Shown in pieces: positions 52,430 to 61,282 of a stretch of DNA of 64,000 bases. The first letter of the stretch is position 1, and every line of letters begins with the position of its first letter. The notes below the pieces were generated by a model. That model did no database searches. It saw only the letters and a program-made list of their open reading frames with translations, and was not told where the DNA came from. The DNA is from Candidatus Levybacteria bacterium RIFCSPHIGHO2_01_FULL_40_16. GTDB lineage: Bacteria; Patescibacteriota; Microgenomatia; Levybacterales; UBA12049. A program made the translations under genes and the position numbers. The stretch covers positions 257,074-321,073 of the forward strand of contig MFNS01000001.1 of assembly GCA_001783805.1 (NCBI GenBank), given 5' to 3'.

Positions 52430-53167
52430 ATGAGAGAGTTAAAGACTTCATTATTAACTGCTTTTGGAATTCTCTTAGTTTTCTTTTTATACACCAAATT
52501 CGCGGGACCGGTTCCGTTTTCGGTAAATAGCATACAAACGACAAAAACTAATTTGTTCAGCGTTTCGGGGGAGGGGAAAGCAACCGGAATTCCTGATACG
52601 GCTCGACTCTCAATTGGAGTTACCAAAACCGCATCAACCGTTGGAGCTGCTCAAGAACAAACCAATACTGCTACGAATAAAGTCATTGCGGATTTAAAAA
52701 GTTTGGGAGTTGCGGAAAAAAATATTAAAACTACCAATTATTCGGTTAATCCAAATTATGATTTTGACAGGGGAGTGCAAAATATTACCGGCTATACTGT
52801 AGTTCAAACTCTGGAAGTAAATATTACGCCAATTGACATTGCTAATAAAGCTATTGACGCGGCAACTACGGACGGGGCAAATTTGGTCGGCGGAATAATT
52901 TTTACTTTCGATGAAAAAACCAAAAAAGATTTAGAAAATAAAGCCAGAACAGAAGCAGTTAAAATGGCCAAAGAAAAAGCGCAAAGTTTGAGCAGCGCAA
53001 CGGGAATTAGATTGGGAAAAATTGTGGATGTCCAAGAATCAAACGGTTTTGAGCCAAGACCAATCATGATGGCGCAATCGCTGGAAGCAAAATCAGCAGA
53101 CACTCAACTCCAACCGGGCGAAAACTCTATAATTATCAACATCACCCTCTCCTACGAGGCTTTATGA
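52430..53167 (+). CDS. SIMPL/DUF541-family protein
   Basis: VSGEGKA..PD.A, IKTTNYSVNPNY, AKEKA..L..LGKI, PGE. Confidence 0.88.
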   Translation: MRELKTSLLTAFGILLVFFLYTKFAGPVPFSVNSIQTTKTNLFSVSGEGKATGIPDTARLSIGVTKTASTVGAAQEQTNTATNKVIADLKSLGVAEKNIKTTNYSVNPNYDFDRGVQNITGYTVVQTLEVNITPIDIANKAIDAATTDGANLVGGIIFTFDEKTKKDLENKARTEAVKMAKEKAQSLSSATGIRLGKIVDVQESNGFEPRPIMMAQSLEAKSADTQLQPGENSIIINITLSYEAL

Positions 53168-53168
53168 A

Positions 53169-53260
53169 ATAAAGTCGATGTCCACCAGGAATCGCTCTTT
53201 GAGCCGTATTCGAATAGAATTGAAAAGGCGAGAAGTAAGATTTGGTGGATGAGACTTTAT
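53169..53260 (+). repeat. Structured repeat family B, copy 3
   Basis: ATAAAGTC..TCCACCA..GAGCCGTATTCGAATAGAATTGAAAAGGCGA..TGGTGGA..GACTTTAT. Confidence 0.7.
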
Positions 53261-53265
53261 GAGCT

Positions 53266-53291
53266 GTCATCCTGAATTTATTTCAGGATCT
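53266..53291 (+). repeat. REP-like palindrome
   Basis: GTC-ATCCTGAA-TTTAT-TTCAGGAT-CT. Confidence 0.5.
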
Positions 53292-53376
53292 TATTTTGCC
53301 ATATTGACAGCAATTAGTAACTTCTGATAAAGTTTAATAAATTTGCCGGAGAGCCCAAAACACCCTCTGGTTTTTT

Positions 53377-53625
53377 ATGAAAAAGGAATCAAAAATTCCC
53401 ATTCAATCTTTTGATCCTATAACCGGAAAGTGCAGCTTGGAAGGAAAGAAAGGAAGGCCTGACTCTTGCCCAATCAGCGCTAAAATTGTCAAGATTAATA
53501 AAAATCCACAGGAGATTGCAAAAAGCGGCCTATCAGATGTCTGCAAAGCATGCGAAACTGATCCAGAAATTCCAGCGATGTTGGTTGAAATAAATAGGGG
53601 TGGCCATCTTTTTGGCAATAAATAA
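53377..53625 (+). CDS. Small hypothetical protein with four Cys
   Basis: 82-aa ORF; TTGACA-type promoter upstream. Confidence 0.5.
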   Translation: MKKESKIPIQSFDPITGKCSLEGKKGRPDSCPISAKIVKINKNPQEIAKSGLSDVCKACETDPEIPAMLVEINRGGHLFGNK

Positions 53626-53631
53626 ACAAAT

Positions 53632-54585
53632 CTACTTATTCCCGCTGTGGAAGGATTTGTGTACATCGCGGAGCTGTTTATTTGTGACGTGGGTGTAGAT
53701 TTGGGTTGTAGCAATATTTTTATGTCCGAGCATTTCCTGAACGCTTCTTAAATCTGCGCCATTGGTCAATAAGTCCGTTGCGAATGAGTGTCTAAGCGTA
53801 TGAACAGTTGCGTCAACCGGTAAGCGGGCAACCCGAACATATTTTTTCACAATTCTTTCGATACTGCGCGCGGTCAACCTCATCTTTTCTCCGCCGTTTT
53901 CCTCAATGATTTTCCCCGAATATCTTATAAACAGGGGTTTGAAATTATCTTTTCGTTCTTTTAGATACCGCGTGACCCATTCTTCCGCCCTGTCGGAAAC
54001 AAAAACTACTCTGGCGCGTCCGCCCTTGCCTACGACTCCAAACTCACGCCGATCGAGATTGATTTGATTATGGTTAAGGCTGACCAATTCGGAAACACGC
54101 AGGCCCGTTGAAAATAGTAGTTCAAAAATGGCTCTATCCCGGATGCCTTCTTCTTTGGAAGTATCAATTGAAGTTACTATCCTGTCTATTTGTTCGCGTT
54201 CCAGAAATTTTAAACTCCGGCTTTCGGTTTTTGGCAGTTCTATTTTCGAAGGTTCAAGTGTTGGATGATCATTTTTAATTAGAAACCGCAGGAGACTTCG
54301 AAGCGCTATCACGTAATAGTTCTGTGTAACTCTTTTTAAGGTCATTCCCTTGGCGTCAATGCGATTAGCCAGATATACCCGGTATTTTCTGACTGTTGCT
54401 AAATCCAGATTTCTTATTGACATTGAGGGCATGTTTTGAGTAAACCAGATATTAAAAATTTCCAGATAATGCCTGTAATCGCGGATTGTTAGTTTGGAAC
54501 AATTTTTTTCAATTTCCAAATATTCTAGAAATTGATTAATTAGGCCGGAAAGGGCATTCACAACCACCGGCAGCTTGTTATCCAT
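53632..54585 (-). CDS. XerC/XerD-family tyrosine recombinase
   Basis: RDRAIFELLFSTGLRVSEL, GKG, HTLRHSFAT, LGH, TQIYT; SAM-like N-terminal domain. Confidence 0.92.
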   Translation of the reverse strand: MDNKLPVVVNALSGLINQFLEYLEIEKNCSKLTIRDYRHYLEIFNIWFTQNMPSMSIRNLDLATVRKYRVYLANRIDAKGMTLKRVTQNYYVIALRSLLRFLIKNDHPTLEPSKIELPKTESRSLKFLEREQIDRIVTSIDTSKEEGIRDRAIFELLFSTGLRVSELVSLNHNQINLDRREFGVVGKGGRARVVFVSDRAEEWVTRYLKERKDNFKPLFIRYSGKIIEENGGEKMRLTARSIERIVKKYVRVARLPVDATVHTLRHSFATDLLTNGADLRSVQEMLGHKNIATTQIYTHVTNKQLRDVHKSFHSGNK

Positions 54586-54716
54586 ATATCTCTACGCGTA
54601 TTCGAATTGGTAAGCCAACTCCATTTTGCGACGCTTGCGTTGTAAAATGGAGCAGACAAAACCAGAATCTCTATTTATTATGCGACGCGGTAGTCAACAT
54701 TGTCAATTACCATGAA

Positions 54717-55211
54717 TCATATTTCTTTTTGCAGCCTTTTGAAAATGTTTTGTCCCCATTTTTTAACCCATTTAGGGTCTTGCATAACTTCGAGAAAGGG
54801 TAAGTTTTGATAGTAGTAGTTAGTTTCTGTTTTAAAAGCCAATTCAGGATTAAAAATGCCATATGCGTTTTCCTTCAAAGATATACCATAAAGATCTTTT
54901 ATTAATTTTCCCTGTACTTCCTCGTTCCAACCGGTCCAACCATGAACCATTTCTGATCCAAATTGCTCGATTAGATGTTGTTTAAAGTATTCGGAAACAG
55001 GGACATCTTCAAGTAGCGCCTCCATCTGAAATAATGCCTCATTGTTGCCTGTAAAATTATCCATCATTTTCCTGATCGCTCTTTGCATAAAAAGCTCTCC
55101 TGATAGATTTGTATCATCTTTTGGCAACACAGTATTGTCTTTTAATAATCTGATAAATTCTTCCGCCTTTTCCCTCGGTCCCATTTTGGGCCTTGGCTCG
55201 CTCTCAGTCAT
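54717..55211 (-). CDS. Hypothetical protein
   Basis: 164-aa ORF; TGCTATAAT upstream of ATG. Confidence 0.65.
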   Translation of the reverse strand: MTESEPRPKMGPREKAEEFIRLLKDNTVLPKDDTNLSGELFMQRAIRKMMDNFTGNNEALFQMEALLEDVPVSEYFKQHLIEQFGSEMVHGWTGWNEEVQGKLIKDLYGISLKENAYGIFNPELAFKTETNYYYQNLPFLEVMQDPKWVKKWGQNIFKRLQKEI

Positions 55212-55493
55212 AGGAAGAGAATTATAGCAAAATGAGCGTGTTTAAGCTAATAAATAAAACTTCTCCGGGTAAAAATGCTCAGGGGAAAAGGAAATTAATT
55301 GAATTTTAGCCTCAAATAGTCTCGTGAAAATACGACATATTAGTCCCATAGTGGGGAAGTGTATCAAATTTTAAGCCCTGGAAATTAGGGAGAATAATGA
55401 CCAAGGTGATTGAGGCGTAAATGAAATATCAATAAATCTGCGCGAAAAGTTAAAGCAATTTTAACCACTTCTCCATGGATATGAGCCTGGGTG

Positions 55494-55521
55494 GTGTCGC
55501 AAAAGTTATATTGTACGACAT
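55494..55521. other. Candidate dif site (chromosome dimer resolution)
   Basis: GTGTCGCAAAA-GTTATA-TTGTACGACAT (11-6-11), about 0.9 kb from xer, where gene orientation converges. Confidence 0.7.
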
Positions 55522-56034
55522 AATTACTTTCTTCTCTCCATCTGCTTAAGTCCATTATTTTGATCTCCGCGGATTATTCTCTTGATATTCACAGATAATA
55601 TTGCTTGGAGAACAAGATATCTACTCCTCCGGCCGGTTGCTTAAAGATTTACCGAGTTATCATCCTTAACTATTAATCACTTATCATTAATAATTATTAA
55701 CACCGCGGCTCTCCACCCCTCTTGGCCGCGTCGCAATTTAGAGCTTATTATCAATCTAAACTCACGATTTTAGCCTCAAAAACATGTGGATTAGCATGTT
55801 CGTATTTTTTTCGATTTAGGTCAATTTATCAATCCAAACTTCTAATTTCAAGGCTCAATCAATATGAAAGAGCAATATTGTTTCAAAGAGAAGAGGGGTG
55901 GCGCGACTGGAGGGCGTCCCGTTGAGTGACCGCAGGGAGCCTGCGACCGAGGACGTCGGACGGGACGAAGGAGCGACAGGACCCCGACCCCATGATCATA
56001 TCCCGTGAAAATTCCCGCATAATCTCGTGAAAAG

Positions 56035-56043
56035 TTATCCACA
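56035..56043 (+). promoter_or_regulatory. Single consensus DnaA box
   Basis: TTATCCACA; isolated, so function uncertain. Confidence 0.3.
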
Positions 56044-56157
56044 TTCTGCAAAGCAGAATCCTAAATTAAGACCTATAATATCATAAGCTGCTATATCAAA
56101 CTATATCACGTTCGTCGCTTCGCTCCTCCCCTCTTCCCTGCTCCTGAAGAGTTTAAT

Positions 56158-56988
56158 TTATGACCTCATGCTAAAGGTTATAAAAACTAGAAAAATAATT
56201 ACGCCGACCCAAATATATTCCCACATTACGCCCTTAAAAAGTCTCTTTTCTAACCAGATCTGGGAAATACCCACCAGGATATAAAAAAGACCGGTTAAGA
56301 AAAGTCCGATTATGGTCGGCGTTGTCGGCCAAAACCATAATATTAACGTGGTCTCGGCAATACAGATTGCGATTAGAGAAATCCATTCGAAATGCAAGCG
56401 GAAATCAGCTTCTAAAGTATGAGTCCAAATAGAATGGATGATTAGAGGAAAAGAAAAAGTAAAGACAAAAAATAAAGTTAGGAAAATATTCAGATGCAAG
56501 GAAAAAACAACATTAGCCATAAAAAAATAGGATAGAAGCGTCACGATAAATGAGACGGTACGGGCAGAGGATAAAAGAGCAATAGTCCTAATTGAAGAGA
56601 CAATAAAAATATTTTCCGAAAGAAGCAGTGAATAGAGTCCGAAAGCATACAGTGATGTCATCCCGATGCGGGTCAAAAATCTGGCCGGAATCAAGAAATA
56701 AAATAGAGCACAAGACAAAGTATAAAATAACGGCAAAATAAAAACCTGAGGCGAGAAATTGTCTTCGAGTTCTGAGCTTTCCGCCCATAAAACAAAAAGG
56801 TCTGTGAAGAGAGCTAGCAGGAAGGCCAGATACATCCCCCCACGGCCAAATAGCTGCTCCGAGAAAAAAAGAGTTAGAGACAAAACTACTACCGTAATTA
56901 TAAATTTTTGCCTCTTGGGAATATTAATAAGAAAGTTAATCTTCCTTCTAATTTTGCGCCAAATTTGAGTAAACTTTTTGTACATCAT
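56158..56988 (-). CDS. Multi-pass membrane protein of unknown function
   Basis: Many hydrophobic segments; start uncertain. Confidence 0.75.
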   Translation of the reverse strand: MMYKKFTQIWRKIRRKINFLINIPKRQKFIITVVVLSLTLFFSEQLFGRGGMYLAFLLALFTDLFVLWAESSELEDNFSPQVFILPLFYTLSCALFYFLIPARFLTRIGMTSLYAFGLYSLLLSENIFIVSSIRTIALLSSARTVSFIVTLLSYFFMANVVFSLHLNIFLTLFFVFTFSFPLIIHSIWTHTLEADFRLHFEWISLIAICIAETTLILWFWPTTPTIIGLFLTGLFYILVGISQIWLEKRLFKGVMWEYIWVGVIIFLVFITFSMRS

Positions 56989-57676
56989 CCAATCCCTCTA
57001 TTTTGTCCAGGAAATTGATAATTTTCTCCAATTTTGTCGGGTCGGAAATAACCACCGGATTTAGCGGTTTTCGGACAGCTTCAACCCCAACAGGGATGAT
57101 GCCTTTTTTTATAAGGCGTTCTCTGACAGAAGACAGATCGGCATAAGCAGTCGTGATAATTGCCTTGTCTTCAGCTTCTTCCAAATCCTCTGCCCCACTA
57201 TCAACTGCAATCTCGAACAATTCATCAATGGTTCTGATATCTTTTCCAACAACTATTCTGCCTTTTTGCTCAAATTGATACGCGACAGATCCGGGTTGAC
57301 CAAAATTTCCGCCCTCCTTATTAAAGATACTTTTTATTTCGCTGGTTGTTCTCATCGTATTGTCCGTAGCAGCTTCAATAATTACGCTAATGCCTTCCGG
57401 AGCAAATCCCTCATAAATTACCTCCTGCAGTTTTCCCGCATCCTTCCCGACAGCTTTTTGGATTGCCCGTTCAATATTGTCTTTAGGCATATTTGCGCTA
57501 CGCGCGCTATCTACAGCCAGACGGAGTTTGAAATTACTGTTAGGATCGGTTATGCCCCCGCTTGCCTTTACCGCAACGGTAATTGCATTAGAAATTTTGG
57601 TAAAGGTCAGTCCCCTTTTAAGGTCAGCTGCTCCTTTGGCTCTTTTGATTGTGGCCCATTTTGAATGTCCGCTCAT
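56948..57676 (-). CDS. yebC: YebC/PmpR-family protein
   Basis: MSGHSKWATIKRAKG, NMPKDNIERAI, YEG, DDVQKVYSN. Confidence 0.93.
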   Translation of the reverse strand: MSGHSKWATIKRAKGAADLKRGLTFTKISNAITVAVKASGGITDPNSNFKLRLAVDSARSANMPKDNIERAIQKAVGKDAGKLQEVIYEGFAPEGISVIIEAATDNTMRTTSEIKSIFNKEGGNFGQPGSVAYQFEQKGRIVVGKDIRTIDELFEIAVDSGAEDLEEAEDKAIITTAYADLSSVRERLIKKGIIPVGVEAVRKPLNPVVISDPTKLEKIINFLDKIEGLDDVQKVYSNLAQN

Positions 57677-57770
57677 AGCCCAATGTATCAAATAATTATA
57701 CTTTTTACCATTGACTTTTGCAATAAAACCCTGTATCATCTTTCACAATAATCGTAATTTTTCTCCACCG

Positions 57771-58493
57771 ATGGCACTACTAAAAGACAAAGCTATTCAA
57801 GCAATGCTTCTAGGCGACTGGAAAAACGCAACCTCTTTAAATAAAGCCCTTATCAAAGAGGACCCTAAAGATATCGACGCTCTTAATCGTTTGGCATATG
57901 CATTTACAATCTTAGGAAAGATTCAGGATGCTAAATCTACCTATAGAAAAGTCTTAAAAATAGATATCCTGAATCAAATCGCAATTAGAAATATAAAAAA
58001 ACTGACTGACCTGGGACCCAAGCGAATTTCAAAAAGTTTATCCCCTGTTAAAGGCGTTAACAACATTTTTCTTGAGGAAACAGGAAAAACAAAAATTATT
58101 TCCCTTGTGAATACCGCCCAACCCAGAATTATTGCCCTTTTGACAACAGGCCAACCCGTAGTGATCGCGACAAAAAGATCAAAAATATTTGTTCAAGACC
58201 AAAATAAACAATATCTAGGAGTATTGCCGGATGACGTGGGAAGAAGACTTATTAAATTAATAAAGGGCGGAAATAGATATACGGCTTGCATAAAATCCGC
58301 AACAGAGCATAATGTTTGTGTTTTTGTGAAAGAGACCAAAAGAGTATCCAAATACAGGAATCAACCATCCTTTCCACAGACTGCCGATCAAGACCTAGCT
58401 TTATCAAAAGACAACAGAGTAAAGATAAAAAATTATAAAGATTTTGGAGAAGAAGATGACGATCACCCTTATTTATTGGATGAAGAATCCTGA
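57771..58493 (+). CDS. TPR-containing protein
   Basis: DALNRLAYA..A..YRKVLKID; FLEETGKTK. Confidence 0.75.
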   Translation: MALLKDKAIQAMLLGDWKNATSLNKALIKEDPKDIDALNRLAYAFTILGKIQDAKSTYRKVLKIDILNQIAIRNIKKLTDLGPKRISKSLSPVKGVNNIFLEETGKTKIISLVNTAQPRIIALLTTGQPVVIATKRSKIFVQDQNKQYLGVLPDDVGRRLIKLIKGGNRYTACIKSATEHNVCVFVKETKRVSKYRNQPSFPQTADQDLALSKDNRVKIKNYKDFGEEDDDHPYLLDEES

Positions 58494-58627
58494 AAAACCA
58501 CCCTCCCCTTGGACAACTTTTTCTTAACTTGGCCGATGTGGGATTTGTTTTCCAGATCGGCAAGCGCAATTACGGAAAAAATTACCGATATAATTGCTAT
58601 TACAATAATTACTAACCAAATATTCAT
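58469..58627 (-). CDS. Small membrane protein (52 aa), not in the ORF track
   Basis: MNIWLVIIVIAIISVIFSVIALADLENKSHIGQVKKKLSKGRVVFQDSSSNK, starts 2 nt after the LytR_C gene stop. Confidence 0.6.
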   Translation of the reverse strand: MNIWLVIIVIAIISVIFSVIALADLENKSHIGQVKKKLSKGRVVFQDSSSNK

Positions 58628-58629
58628 AT

Positions 58630-59430
58630 TTAAAAGGGGGCAGAATTGACTTTGTCCTCCCCTATTATTATAGTTATATCCGAAACCGCATTATTGGCAT
58701 CTTTTACAGCTTCATATCCAAGTACCTTTTGCAGCCTTTCTACTGTATAGGTTTTTTTATCAATATATGAGATTGTAGACTTTTTTCTCAAGTTATTCTC
58801 CGTCGCAACAATTATAACATCTCCGCCCATATTGGTTACTAATTTAGCCAGCCTGTTTCCAAGTCCACTGACATTTGTTGCGTTAATAATTTGTATCGTT
58901 TGCTTGTCTTTTTCTATAAAAGCATCACTTACTAAGTGATCTACTGTCCTATCCAATTCCAATCTGCTTGTACCCCTTACCGTTTTTACATTAATCGAGC
59001 TTTCCGGAACAACCCTTACGAAGAGCGCGATCTTTAAAAGATCTATGATCGTGAGGTTGGTTTTAAGACTACTGTAATTATAAATTGCATTTACAAATAG
59101 TGAATCAATTTTCTTATTTAAATCCAAAGAAACGCCGGCAATAAATCCATCTATGGGAATCTCCAGGAGCGGTCCTGCTTCCTCCGGCTTTGTTCCATCA
59201 TTCAATTTGAAAATTGCGATATCTTTTGAACCGGGAGATAAAGAAATTACTTCAATATTACGCCCGTTAGCTACACTTAGGGTAAATCTTTTGGAATCGT
59301 CGAATTGACTATTTTTTATGACAGTAATAATTTTAAAAATTAGCGAGATTCCAACAATAAAAATCAATAAAACAAAAAAAACAATAGCAATCTTCGTATT
59401 GCTAACCGAGGGATCATCTTTCTTTTTCAT
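58630..59430 (-). CDS. Membrane-anchored LytR C-terminal domain protein
   Basis: IQIINATNVSGLG..A..DITIIIGED. Confidence 0.75.
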   Translation of the reverse strand: MKKKDDPSVSNTKIAIVFFVLLIFIVGISLIFKIITVIKNSQFDDSKRFTLSVANGRNIEVISLSPGSKDIAIFKLNDGTKPEEAGPLLEIPIDGFIAGVSLDLNKKIDSLFVNAIYNYSSLKTNLTIIDLLKIALFVRVVPESSINVKTVRGTSRLELDRTVDHLVSDAFIEKDKQTIQIINATNVSGLGNRLAKLVTNMGGDVIIVATENNLRKKSTISYIDKKTYTVERLQKVLGYEAVKDANNAVSDITIIIGEDKVNSAPF

Positions 59431-59447
59431 AAGTTAAAAGTTCTTTT

Positions 59448-59540
59448 TTACCCGCCTAAAATCGCAGCATGAGCCGTGTACTGCCTGTCCGCCTCTGGCG
59501 GAAATAGTACCTAAAGGCGAATGCTAAGATTGGGAGGGGC
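59448..59540 (+). repeat. Structured repeat family B, copy 4, with a nested TCCGCCTCTGGCGGA hairpin
   Basis: Colinear with the reverse complement of copy 1 apart from a ~20-nt loop insertion. Confidence 0.75.
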
Positions 59541-59673
59541 GTTTTTTTTCGATTAATTTAGGCATAGAAAAAGTAGGAGCACCCATGCCTATGGACACAG
59601 AAGATATATTCCTTGAATCTTTCTTCTTTTTCTTTTTTTCTCCTTTATAAAATCCGCCCATTCCACCACCCAT
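59524..59673 (-). CDS. Small basic protein (49 aa), not in the ORF track
   Basis: MGGGMGGFYKGEKKKKKKDSRNISSVSIGMGAPTFSMPKLIEKKRPSQS; SD-like GGTGGTGA upstream. Confidence 0.55.
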   Translation of the reverse strand: MGGGMGGFYKGEKKKKKKDSRNISSVSIGMGAPTFSMPKLIEKKRPSQS

Positions 59674-59689
59674 AATTTAAATCACCACC

Positions 59690-59719
59690 CTCGCCCGCCG
59701 AAGCTTTAGCGCAGGCGGG
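59690..59719 (-). repeat. Family A palindromic repeat
   Basis: CTCGCCCGCCGAAGCTTTAGCGCAGGCGGG. Confidence 0.7.
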
Positions 59720-59767
59720 TTCAATAATATAATTTTACCAATTTCGTAGCTCAGAATCAACACAAAA

Positions 59768-60547
59768 TCAAGAATTAAGCCTTGCAATAAAATCCGCTAG
59801 ATCCTCCGGCAAGGGGCTTTCGAAATTTAGTAGTGCGTTTGTCCTAGGGTGGAAGAAGGAGATTTTGGAGGCATGGAGAAAAATGCGGGGTAAAAGCTTC
59901 CTGTCATTCCTGGAAGTTTTACGTCCGGCATATAAAGGATCTGCAAAAATCGGGTGCTTAATATATTGCAGATGAACTCTGATTTGATGCGTCCTTCCGG
60001 TTTTGGGATTAAGCTCTACAAAACTTAAATCTTCGCTTTGAGAATTTGAAATTTGAAATTTAAAATTTGAAATTACGCGGTAACGCGTTACCGATTCCCG
60101 ACCGCCCGATAAAACGCCGAATCTTTTTCTATTCCAGGGCAACCTCCCAACTGCAACATTTATTTCGCCTGCCTCCGGCTCGATTTTCCCATGAACCAGC
60201 GCGAGATATGTTTTTTGAACTTTTCGTTCTTTAAATTGACTTTGAAGATTGATAAATGCTTCTAGGGTTTTTGCGATCAAAATAATTCCCGAAGTTTCCT
60301 TGTCCAAACGGTGCGCAATCCCCGCCCTAGTAATAAAATTTAATTTTGCCTGCTCTTCATAATTTTTATTTTCAATCCCTAATTTATCTGCAACTTTGAA
60401 CTTTGAACTTTGAACTTTGAACTTTGCTTCCACCCATTCCTGCAAAGTTGTCTCCCCTGTTGTTGTGTCAGATCGGTTGACAATCATCCCTGCCGGCTTA
60501 TCCAAAACCAATAAATCTTGATCTTCAAAAATTATCTTCGGCTTCAT
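59768..60547 (-). CDS. RluA/RluD-family pseudouridine synthase
   Basis: DKPAG, HRLDKETSG, TGRTHQIRVH, LHA. Confidence 0.92.
   Translation of the reverse strand: MKPKIIFEDQDLLVLDKPAGMIVNRSDTTTGETTLQEWVEAKFKVQSSKFKVADKLGIENKNYEEQAKLNFITRAGIAHRLDKETSGIILIAKTLEAFINLQSQFKERKVQKTYLALVHGKIEPEAGEINVAVGRLPWNRKRFGVLSGGRESVTRYRVISNFKFQISNSQSEDLSFVELNPKTGRTHQIRVHLQYIKHPIFADPLYAGRKTSRNDRKLLPRIFLHASKISFFHPRTNALLNFESPLPEDLADFIARLNS
60392..60426. repeat. Five perfect AACTTTG heptamers inside the RluA-family gene
   Basis: Direct reading; translates as KFKVQSSKFKV. Confidence 0.85.
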
Positions 60548-61260
60548 TGCTCTCCTTTCTTAAATTGTGTTATTTTCGATATCAAACCTTCGCGCTGAAT
60601 GAGCATTCCCGCCGAGGCAATAAAAATTAATATTAAAATTATGTTTTCAAAATTCTTAAAATACTCCAAAATGCTGATTTTTGAAAAGGCGTTTGAAATA
60701 AGACTAACCGTGGAAAAACAGATTAAAAAGATTAAGGAAATTGTTCCTTCTTTAAATTTTCCATTCAAAAGCCGGGGCAAAAAAAATCTAAGAAAAATAA
60801 TAAATAAAACAAAATATATAGCTGCCTTAATGGCTAATTTTATAAACTCCGTTGCTTCTTGCGAAAACATCAAATAACCTATCAATCCAATTGGTAATGA
60901 AATTAAAAATGCAATAGAAAAAAAATCACATATTCTCCCCAAAGGCAGAGAATTTTCTTTATGTTTTGCTAAGAAAAATAAATATATTCCCGCTCCAACA
61001 ACTCCTCCCAAAAGAGACAGTCCTGGAAAATAAGGAAAGAGGAGGAAGACGAGCGGATTTGCAAAAATACCTTTTGCGGAAAATCCATAAAAGAAACGTG
61101 CCACAAAAAGACCGGTTAACCCACTAATAAAAATTAGGTTGAAAAGTTTTTCCAGCGTCACATCGCGCCGTAAAAAAATGAAATCGTCATTGGTTAGCAC
61201 ATATACGCAATAAAGGAAAATAAAAAGGCAAATTAAAAGAACAAAAATAAAAAATTGCAT
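60544..61260 (-). CDS. Membrane protein, divergent Lgt-like
   Basis: GLFVARFFY, GLSLLGG, CD..PIG.IG spacing resembles Lgt; catalytic motifs not seen. Confidence 0.5.
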   Translation of the reverse strand: MQFFIFVLLICLFIFLYCVYVLTNDDFIFLRRDVTLEKLFNLIFISGLTGLFVARFFYGFSAKGIFANPLVFLLFPYFPGLSLLGGVVGAGIYLFFLAKHKENSLPLGRICDFFSIAFLISLPIGLIGYLMFSQEATEFIKLAIKAAIYFVLFIIFLRFFLPRLLNGKFKEGTISLIFLICFSTVSLISNAFSKISILEYFKNFENIILILIFIASAGMLIQREGLISKITQFKKGEQ

Positions 61261-61282
61261 ACGAAAACCGATTCAGACTAGT

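Noticed and set aside
53200-53232. Group II intron domain V (GAGCCGTA..)
   Set aside because: The 3' strand of domain V and the other intron domains are absent; treated as repeat family B
53345-53376. Riboswitch or terminator before the 82-aa ORF
   Set aside because: Only a 6-bp stem with a T run and no recognisable aptamer
53632-55211. Prophage, integron or ICE
   Set aside because: No phage or conjugation genes, no attC array, and the recombinase looks like a housekeeping Xer
55230-56150. Replication origin
   Set aside because: Only one DnaA box, no dnaA/dnaN, and flanking genes converge rather than diverge
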